From: the human T2T-CHM13v2.0 reference genome, Homo sapiens
Assembly (NCBI RefSeq): GCF_009914755.1
Contig: NC_060939.1
DNA: 64,000 nt
Direction: 5' to 3' (one strand)
Shown: positions 53,340-64,000 of the stretch, in pieces
Layout: every line of letters starts with the position of its first letter
How positions within the stretch are numbered: position 1 is the stretch's first letter
The notes under the pieces: model-generated
Database searches by the model: none
Seen by the model: the letters and a program-made list of their open reading frames with translations, nothing else
Told to the model about the DNA's origin: nothing
Program-made: the position numbers and the translations under genes

Positions 53340-53803
53340 CCTCAGTATGACAGCAGCTACTTAACTCCAGCTAGTTATTCTCATGCAGAAATAAGTGGAT
53401 TATTCTACTACACCTTTCTACTTTTTAAAAGAAACTCGAAATACAGATTTCAATATAAAATCTCAAAATTCTCAGATGTTGCAAACTAAATCAATTTTTT
53501 TCCCAACTTTTATTTTAGGTTCAAGGGGTATATGTGCAAGTTTGTTAAATGAGTAAATTGTATGTCTCAGTAGTTTGGTACAGATAATTTTGTCACCCAG
53601 GTGATCAGCATAATACCCAATAGTTAGTTTTTCAATTCCCACCCTCTTCCTGCCTCCATTCTCAAGAAGACCTTGGTGTCTATTATTCCCTTCTTTGTGT
53701 CCATGTGTACGTAGTACTAAATCTGTTTATTTTAAACCTTATTGAGCACAAACAAGTCCATCAGTGGGTCTTATTCAATCCAAAATCACTATCTACAACC
53801 TCT
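53340..53803. mobile_element. MER102/MER103-like hAT-Charlie element split by an L1 3' end
   Basis: 'aaagaaactcgaaatacagatttcaatataaaatctc...gttgcaaactaaatc' and, after the L1, 'acaaacaagtccatcagtggg...acaacctctg'. Confidence 0.5.
53495..53712 (-). mobile_element. L1PA15/16-like 3' end
   Basis: 'caacttttattttaggttcaaggggtatatgtgcaagtttgtt...tgtcacccaggtgatcagcataatacccaatag'; flanking 'actaaatc' repeat. Confidence 0.8.
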
Positions 53804-53828
53804 GCCCCAATAATTGCATAACTCTTAC

Positions 53829-54283
53829 TGTATCCGGAGTTTGTTACTTCCGATGGGTTTGTGGTCTCACTGACTTCAAGAATGGAGCTGTGGACCTCGC
53901 AGTGAGTGTTACAGTTCTTAAAGACGGCACAGACCCAAAGAGTGAGTAGCAGCAGCAAGAACAAAAGAACAAAGCTTCCACAGCGTGCAAGGAGACCCCA
54001 CCGGATTGCCGCTGCTGGCTGCAGTTGCCAGCTTTTATTCCCTTATTTGTCCCCACCCATGTCCTGCCAACTGGTCCATTTTACAGAGTGCTGATTGGTC
54101 CATGTTACAGAGTGCTGATTGGTCCATTTTACAAACCTCTAGATAGCTACAGAGTGCTGATTGGTGTGTTTTACAATCCTAGCTACAGAGTGCTGATTGG
54201 TGCATTTTACAATCCTCTTGTAAGACAGAAGACTTCTCCAAGTCCCCACCCCACCCAGGAAGTCCAGCTCGGTTCACCTCTCA
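53829..54283 (-). mobile_element. LTR12 (LTR12F-like, ERV9) solo LTR
   Basis: TG...CA termini, TSD TTAC (53825-53828, 54284-54287), 'gtggtctcactgacttcaagaatg', tandem 'acagagtgctgattggt' units. Confidence 0.92.
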
Positions 54284-54989
54284 TTACTAACCCTTAACTT
54301 GGAGCCATCCTTTTTTCTACTGGTCCTCCATCTCTTACTTAACTGTTTATCCCCAGTTAGAGGACATCACAGGGAATCTCCAAGCCTATCTTCACATTTT
54401 TACTCTAACGCTAATAACCCTGAATCCAAATCCCCCTGCTCTTCAAGTGTCTTTAATTTTTTATAAACTTTGACTCTTTACCTTTCTGTTGGGACAAGAT
54501 AGCTGAATCTATCTCTCTTAGCTCTTCCCAACCTAATTCATTGCATTTTGATCACTGTGTCTGAGGTGCACCTTGATTACTCTGGATCTCTACCAAAAAT
54601 GCATTAATTATTAGTTGTAGTTGTTTGCCTCTTATTTTATATAGGCCAACATCATGGTCCTACTTAACATGTGTTAATCCCACTTAGCTGTCTGAGCTCA
54701 GTAGGCATTTTCCCATAAACCAATAAAAGAAATGAGAGTGGCTAATAAATATATGAAAACCAATGAGCCAAAATAAAATGTCAGAAATATCTTCAATTCC
54801 CTTAAACAATTCAGAGAATGTCACGTAGTATCACTTCCCAAAGTTTGCCAAAACTTTTTCGCTAGTACAACTATTTGCAGTTTGTAGAGTCAAGATGGGT
54901 GAAGTGATTCACATAGTTTATGTGGTAATCTTGGTACTCCATTTTTTCCATTTCCTTCTCTCCCGCCTAACCCTTTTTCTCCCAAGTTG

Positions 54990-56290
<1,301 letters not shown>

Positions 56291-56718
56291 ACTTTTGTAA
56301 TAGTGTAGAATATATAGTAAATCTGAAAATACACATACTTTAGGACCCTGTAACGTTGCCTCTACATCACAATAATAATTCACAAAACATAAATGTATAA
56401 TTTTGTTTACTGAAAGCCATAGATTAGAATGTTCATGGCAGTATTTTTTGTAATAGCCCCAAATTTTAAACTATGCAAATGTCTACCAAACAAGATTAAT
56501 AAATGAGTTGCAGTATATGTATATGATAAAATACCGTACAGTACTGAAAATAAATGATCTCTAGCCACATGCAGGAATATAAATCATTGGCACATACATA
56601 ACAATAAGAAAAAGAAGTCAGACACATAAGTGTATCTAATAAATGACTGCATTAAATAAAGTACTGAAATAGGCAAAAGTAAATATGCCTGTTAGAAGTC
56701 AAGATGTTTTAATAATTG

Positions 56719-58916
56719 TGATCATATATTTAGAAAGACCTAAGGACCCCACAAAAAAATCTATTAGAACTGATAAGCAAGTTAAGTAAAGTTTCAGGAT
56801 ACAAAATCAATATACTCAAATCAGTAGCATTTCTATATGTCACAGTGAATAACCTGAAAATGAAATTTTAAAAGTGATCCCATTTGCAATAACTACCAAT
56901 AAGATTAAATACCAAGAAATTAACTTAACCAAAGAAGTGAAAGATTTCTATAATAAAACTATGTAGAACTAATGAAAGAAATTGAAGAGAACAACAAAAA
57001 ATGGAAAGATATTCTATGTTAATAAATTGGAAGAATCAATACTGTTAAAATGTTCATACTACCCAAAGCAATCTACAGATGCAATGCAATACCTATTAAA
57101 ATACCAATGACATTCTTCATAGAAATAGAAAAAAACTATCCTAAAATTTACATGAAACAACAGAAGACCCAGAATAGCCAAAGCTATCCTAGGCAAACAG
57201 AAAAAAACTGAAGGAATCACATCACCTGACTTCAAATTATACTACAAAGCTATAGTAACCAAAACAGCATGATACTGACATAAAAACAGACACATAGACC
57301 AATCGAACTGAATAGAAAACCCAGAAACAAGTTCACCTACCTCCAGTAAACTCATTTTCAAAAAAAGTGTCAAGAACATAAACTGGATAAAAGAGAGCCT
57401 CTCTTCAATAAGTGGTGCTGGAAAACTGGATATCCATATGCAGAAGAATGAAACTAGACTGCTTTCTCTTGCCAGATACAAAAACCAAATCAAAATGGAC
57501 TAAAGACTTAAATCTAAGACCTCAGACTATGAAACTACTACAAGAATACATTGGGGAAAATCTCCAGGACACTGATCTGGGCAAAAAGTTCTTGAGTAAT
57601 ATCCCACAAACACAGGCAGCCAAAGTAAAAAGGGACAAATGGACTTCTATCAAGTTAAAAAGCTTCTGCAGAGCAAAGGAAACAATCAACAAAGTGAGAA
57701 GATAGTCTACAGATTGGGAGAAAATATTTGCAAACCACTTATCTGGCAAACGATTAATAGCCAGAATACGTAAGAAGTTCAAACAACTCATCAGGAAGAA
57801 ATCTAATAATCCAATTAAAAATGGGCAAATGATTTAAAAAGACATTTCTCAAAAGAAGGCATACAAATGGCAAACATATGGATACATATGGATATCCAGT
57901 TATATGAAAAGGTGCTCATCATTGATTATGATGCAAGAGAAATGCAAGTCAAAACTACAATGAGATATTATCTTACCCAGTTAAAATGGATTATATCCAA
58001 AAGATAGGCAATAACAAATCCTGGAGAGGACCTCATACACTGCTGGTGGTAATGTAAGTTAGTACAACCCCTATAGAGAAGAGTTTGGAGGTTCCTCAAA
58101 ACACTAAAAATCAAGCTACTATATGATCCAGCAATCCCACTGCTGGGCACATAGTCAAAAGAAAGGAAGTGAGTATATCAAAACGATATCTGCACTTTAC
58201 AGCACTGTTCACAATAGCCAAGATTTTGAAGCAACCTAAGTGTCCATCAACACAGAAATTGATAAAGAAAATGTGGTACATATGCACAATGGTGTACTCT
58301 TCAGCCATAAAAAAAGAACGAGATCCTGTCATTTGTAACAATATGAATGGAACTGGAGATCATTATGTTAAGTGATATAAGCTAGGCACAGAAATACAAA
58401 CATCACCTGTTCTCATTTATTTGTGGGTTCGAAAAATCAAAACGATTGGTCTCATTGACACAGAGAGTAGAAGGATGGTTATCAGAGAATGGGAAAGATA
58501 GTGAAGAGGTTAAGGGAATGTGGAGATGGTTAAATGGTTAAAAAATAGAATGAATAATACCTAGTATTTGATAACACAACAGAGTAGAAGGACGGTTACT
58601 AGAGGATGAGAAGGGTAGTGAAGGGGTTAGGAGAAGGTGGAGATGGTTAATGGGAAAAAATAGAATGAATAATACCTAGTATTTGATAGCACAACAGGGT
58701 GACTATAGTCAATATTAACTTAATTATACATGTTAAAATAATTACAAGAGTATAATTGGATTTTTTGTAACACAAAGAATAAATACTTGAGGGGATGGAT
58801 ACCCCATTCTCCATAATGTAATTATCATGCACTGCATGCCTGTATCAAAACATTTCATTTACTCCATAAATATGTACAACTACTATGTACCTACAAAAAT
58901 TAAAAATTTAAAAATT
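56719..58916 (+). mobile_element. L1MA1/MA2-like LINE-1, 5'-truncated, inserted in an L1ME 3' end
   Basis: 3'UTR 'cctagtatttgatagcacaacagggtgactatagtcaat...ggggatggataccccattctcc'; 18-bp TSD at 56701-56718 and 58917-58934 (3 mismatches). Confidence 0.88.
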
Positions 58917-59039
58917 AAGATATTTTTATTATTGAAAGAAGATATTAATGGGTCTGTTGAAATGATGGAGATTTTTTTCTTTCTTGATCTTAGTCTTTGT
59001 ATACAGGTGTACCCTATAAACATTTAAATGTTAAAAATG

Positions 59040-61180
59040 AATTTCAGAAAAGAGATAAGCACATACATTATGAAGAATCATAAAACTTTGTTGACAGGTA
59101 TTAAAGCAAAGATAAATAAATGGAGTTGTAGTCTATGTTCAGTGATTGAATTCACTCATTATCACAAAATTATCAGTTTTCCTAAATTGACCTATAAAGT
59201 AGATGCTATTACAATAGCCTTTTAAAAAAATTACCCTTGCAACATAATTTTAAAATATATATTAACAGGAGCTAATTATGAGCATGAGCAAGATACACCT
59301 AAAGATGAAGAGGTGTGGGTCACGCTCCAAGAGCAGGTTTTACACCAGTGTTATATTAATTCTTGACAGACAAATTGACCAGGAAGCATGATGGAGATCT
59401 CAGAAATAGATTTGCACATGTAAGGAAATTTGATATACAACAGGACATTACTGATGACTACATGGGAAATATGGGTTCTTCAATAATTTTTGCTAAGAAA
59501 ATTGGTTTTCATTGCAGGAAAAAATGTAATGAAATGTCTATATCAAGCCAACAATATCATATGGTTGAAATAGTAGTGGGAGTAGAAACTACAAGCTTTT
59601 GTAAATCATTATAAAATATCTATAAGACTTGGGGTAGGAAAATATTTCTTTAAAAAATATCACAAAATGAAAAATACTGCTAAATGTTATCATACTGAAG
59701 TTAAAAATATCTTTTCACCGAAATAAATGATAGTGAATATAAAGAGGTAAACTACAAACTAGGAGAAAATTTTTAGTAATCACGTAATTGACAATGAATT
59801 AGTAGCAAAATATATGCAGAAATTTTACACAGAATTTAAAAAATCAAAAAGAAGAAACTGTACAAAATGCACTTTAGATAAGTGGAAATGTGAATGACAA
59901 AAATATATAAAAACAATGCTCAACATCGTTAGACATCAGCTAAATGTGGATTAAAATCATGATACCCAATATATTTGGAAAAATAAATAAATTAGGATGA
60001 GAACACAGGCTGTCCAAGTTGTAGGACAGCAGGAACCCTCACATACTACCACATACTGAGGTAATATATATTAATACTATCTCTCAAGGAAATAATTTGA
60101 AATTGCCTAGTACAGTTGTCTCTCCTTATCTGCAATATCGTTTTCCATGGTTATCTGTGGTCAACCATTGTTTGAAAATATCAAGTGGGAAATTCTAGTA
60201 ATAAATAATTCATAAGTTTTGAATTGCACAGCATGACACGCATCATCCTGTTGTCCAGCATATCCATGCCACATACTCTACCTGCCCATTAGTCACTCAG
60301 TAGCCATCTCAAGTGTCAGATCAGCTCTTCCCATATCACAGTGCTTGTGTTTAAGTAACTCTCACTTTACTTAATAATGGACCCAAAGCACAAGAATAGT
60401 AATGCTGTCAGATTGTTATAATTATTTTATTTTATTGTTAGTTATTTTTAATTTTCTTACCATGCCGAAGTTATAAATTAAACTTTATCATAGGTATGTA
60501 TATATGTATGTATAGGAAAAAAACATAGTTTATAGGATTCAGTACTATTCAAGTTTTTAGGTATCCATTGGAAGTCTTGGAATCTACCCTCCACATATAA
60601 GAGAGAACTACTGTAAATATGAAGATAAAACTAATCTTTTATAATTTCATACCTATGTACAATCCTTGCAAAATATATTTATGTACTACAGGAAACATAT
60701 AAAAGAATATTTATATCAGTGCTGTTCATAATAGCTAAAATGGGAAACAACGCAAATGCCCTTGAATGATAGAATAGGTAAATTGTTGCATATACATACA
60801 ATAAAATACAGTGCAACGATGAAAAAGAATGATCTACAGATGCAATGTTATCACAGGTGATTCACAGAGGTATAGTAAGGCACAAAAAATGCAAGTCACA
60901 AGATATGTCCTGCAATATTAATTTATATCAAGTGGGAAAAAAGTCAAAATCTCAAAAAATTTCTTAGAACATAACGTCCATGGCAAGCCTGTGAAAAAAC
61001 AATGGGGGGATGGAGAGGGAAGAGCTTCTTGTTCCTATGTTCTAGTCACTTTTCTTTTTGTCTTTCTTATACTGATGATTGATAAATAGGTTTTCATTTT
61101 GTTATTATATTTTTAAATTCTTCATTTACATTACACTGTGTGCCCACATTTATATATTTAATATATCACTAAATAAAAAT
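59040..61180 (+). mobile_element. L1ME fragments
   Basis: Degenerate ORF2 end and 3'UTR, e.g. 'gttcataatagctaaaatgggaaacaacgcaaatgccc'. Confidence 0.6.
60113..60613. mobile_element. MER44 (Tigger7-derived) MITE
   Basis: TA|cagttgtctctccttatc...ataagagagaactactg|TA termini and MER44 internal motifs. Confidence 0.85.
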
Positions 61181-62329
61181 AAATACTGAAATGTGACAAC
61201 CTCAAAAGTTTTTAGAGATATTCCATGTGAAGATAATGATAGTAATTTGGCAATGTCTACTTCTCTTCTTTGAATTACTCAAAAGCGACAAGTGGAATTG
61301 TTTTAAATGAAACACTCCATTAACTATATAAAATGGACACAGACAACAACCTCAAAACATAATTGAGCAAGAAGTGGTGCCACAGACAGTAGAGAACAAG
61401 CAGGACTGTTCTCGGGAGGACGAGGAAAGCAAATACTGAAGCTGCTGATAACAGACAGACCAGAAACCTTCTCACAGGTGAAAGACACATCTTAAGGTAC
61501 ACCCACTGGCATGTACTCATACTGGGATCTAAAATATTCCGGGATGAGTTTAGTGTTTGCAAAGCACAGGAAATGGAGCTAAATAAAAGCCAGACAGACC
61601 AGCTATATTTTCGTTAAGTAGGCTGCCTCAGTGACTTCAAGGAAGACGGAAACTGGTGTATTGAGCAATATCTCAGAACTACCTATTGTTGTCATTAGGC
61701 AGCAGAAAGAAAAGGCCACATAAACTCACACACCAAACTCTGAGAAATGAAAGACATTTCAAATGAAAGACATTTCAGCAAGCCACACTTTCTTTAAACA
61801 AACACCTAGGAAATAGCTATTATGGGGTAAAACAATACTCACCTGTTACTTAAATAATTAGTCAAAAAAGGAAAAAAGCAGAAAAATTTGCATGACTCTA
61901 CCACATGGAAAAGGAAGAAAACATAGAAGAAGATGAAAATCGTGGCCAAATTTCACAATAATTTATTTTTTTTTAATCAACGAAGCCATTGCTTCTTTGA
62001 AACAAACCACAAGTGTATAAAGTAGAGAAATTCAGGAAGCCAATAGCAAAAGAACTTAGCAGTGAGTAGGCATGTTCAGAATAGAAGTGTAAGATAAACG
62101 TAATATTAACCATTATAGAAATTAAGCTAAATTTGAAAAAACCAAAAGACAATATTAAAAATGGAATAATGATCATGATTATAGAAATGAAAAAATAAAG
62201 TGAGCAAAATAAAACCATTATAATGAATAAATGATTAAAATACCTATATAGAAAATGCTGGTTATAGAAGAGAAAAAGGATAGTGTACATTTGTAAAACT
62301 GAGTACCCAAAATTTTCTAAAAATCTGAT

Positions 62330-62808
62330 ATAATAACTTCATTGCTGCCTAACAAAATACCCTAAAATTCAATGACTCCAAACAAGCACCATTTCATGTA
62401 TTCAGTTTTTGTGGGGGAGGAATCAGAAAGGGTTCGGCTGGGTAATTATTTTGCTCTCTGTTCTGTCAACCGCAGTCAGCTGGTGGCTGTGCTGAATTAC
62501 ATGTTCCAAATATATTTGGCTCTTACACACAGCCTATCTTTCTACACGGCTAATTTGGGCTTCATCCCAGGGTAGTCTAACCATCTGACCAGCCCATAGT
62601 GGTTGGCTTCCAAGCAGGAGTGTTCCAAGTGAGGTAAAAGCAGAAGTTGCAGATCTCTTGAGGTCTGGCCTCAGAAATTGTACAGCCTCACTTCCATCCA
62701 TTCTATTGGTCAAAAACAGAGAACCTGCCCAGATTCTAGGTGACAATATTTCCCACCACTTGATTTTGGTGGGGAGTGGCAAAGAATTTGCACCCATCTT
62801 CTACTACA
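62330..62808 (-). mobile_element. MLT1H/I-like MaLR LTR
   Basis: 'attgctgcctaacaaaataccctaaaattcaatgac...cacttccatccattctattggtca...gtggcaaagaatttgcacccatctt...taca'. Confidence 0.75.
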
Positions 62809-62997
62809 TAAGTATATAACTCAAGAAAATAATATAAGAAATAAAAGAAAATTTGAATAACATGCTGAAAATACATCCCGTGTTCCAGGAAAAACTGAAC
62901 CTAAATAATCACCATCAAACCATAGGCTTGTCATTTTCACAGACTCCAAATTATACAAATTGCTAACACTTACTGAGTACTTACCATATGCCAGACA

Positions 62998-63149
62998 TAA
63001 GGTTGCCAGATTTAGCAAATAAAAATGCCCCATGCAATACTTGGGACATACTTACACCAAAAAAATAAAATAAAATAAATACAACAACTCATTGTTTTTC
63101 TGAAGTTCAAATTTTAACCAGGCATCTCTTATTTTATCTGGCAATGCTT
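62998..63149. mobile_element. MER53 hAT MITE (internally deleted)
   Basis: 'ggttgccagatttagcaaataaaaat'...'attttatctggcaa'. Confidence 0.8.
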
Positions 63150-63433
63150 CTAAGCACTATTTAAGAAATCTACTAGAGGTGGAATTCCAGCCAAACAAAA
63201 AATAATTATAAAATGAGGGAAAAACATCTAGCAGTAAGCACTGAATTTATTTAATAGCAAGCTAAAACAAATATGGGGATGAGTTTACTAAAATAAAGTG
63301 TAAACATATGCTCTGAGTATGTAGAAAGCCTGTAACTAACAAACATTTGAAGGTGAGGATGGGGGTGAAAAGTGAGCAGCAGTCTACAGATGCAGAGTTC
63401 TTCATTTTTACCAGGAAATTAGAATTTATGTTA

Positions 63434-63512
63434 TTCCATTGGCGCAAAAGTAATTGTGATTATTGCTATTAAAAGTAATGGCAAAACCGCAATTACTTTT
63501 GCACCAACCTAA
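63434..63512. mobile_element. MADE1 (Hsmar1 MITE)
   Basis: About 80-bp palindrome 'ttggcgcaaaagtaattgtg...ccgcaattacttttgcaccaacctaa|ta'. Confidence 0.92.
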
Positions 63513-63663
63513 TACAACTGACTACTTAAATAATAGGTCTATACTCATAATGCTATAATGGTAGACATTATGAAAAATCATAATTAAGTAGAAGATGACA
63601 TTGTAGAGAAATGAGAGGAGAGAAAAGGAAATATGCTAATTTTATCATTGTTTATAATAGGCA

Positions 63664-64000
63664 TATCAGTCAGGGTCCCAACAGAAAAGAGATAGCATTC
63701 TTAAAAGAAGAAAACTTAAGACAGGATTATTTTCAAAGGGATATTTTACAACATGAGGGTTTAGGGAAATCGCAGGGAATGAAGCAGGAACCAGGGTTAT
63801 TATACCTATCTCAGAAAGAAGGAAGAAAGCAGCATTGCTAGAATTCAGGAGTACAGAGTTATATAGAATTGGTCCCAATAAAAAGAACAGTGGTGGTAAG
63901 TCAAGGGCACAGATTTTCCCTCCTCCCTCCAGCCTATGGCTTGCCAGAATTCATCATTGGCTGAGCCTAATCAGAAGCCAGAGGTTATGGGAATTTATTT
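63664..64000 (-). mobile_element. ERVL-type LTR (LTR41/LTR50-like), runs off the window
   Basis: 'tatcagtcagggtcccaacagaaa'...'cattggctgagcctaatcagaagccagagg'. Confidence 0.55.

Noticed and set aside
54068-54215. Repeat-spacer pattern superficially like a CRISPR array
   Set aside because: It is the LTR12 U3 CCAAT tandem repeat: short non-unique spacers, eukaryotic context, no cas genes.
61973-62290. 105-aa hydrophobic ORF resembling a membrane protein
   Set aside because: Antisense of A-rich old L1/HAL1-like sequence; compositional artefact.

Overview
AT-rich human genomic DNA, either intergenic or deep intronic. An Alu at 55426-55711 carries all five AluYa5 diagnostic bases, which points to human. 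I found no supportable protein-coding gene, structural RNA gene or CRISPR array. The listed ORFs are L1 ORF1/ORF2 relics, Alu- or LTR-derived frames, or chance frames. Well over half of the window is nested interspersed repeat: L1s of many ages (L1PA8A-like, L1PB, L1MA, L1MC, L1ME), seven Alus, L2/MIR/L3 fragments, solo LTRs (MER4, two LTR1-group, LTR12, LTR78/79-like, several MLT1, ERVL-type), an ERVL dUTPase relic and DNA-transposon MITEs (MER53 x2, Tigger3, MER44, MADE1, MER102/103). Subfamily names come from my recollection of consensus sequences and need RepeatMasker/Dfam confirmation. I cannot support a new biological system here. The best leads are: a twin-primed inverted L1 with readable junctions; a 71-nt foldback hairpin inside an old L1; collinear bornavirus-nucleoprotein-like motifs antisense to an ancient LTR (probably chance, but easy to test); two minus-strand AG|GT recursive-splice-like sites sharing a 12-mer; a CCAAT-array LTR12; and young, possibly polymorphic events (AluYa5, an 84-bp duplication).
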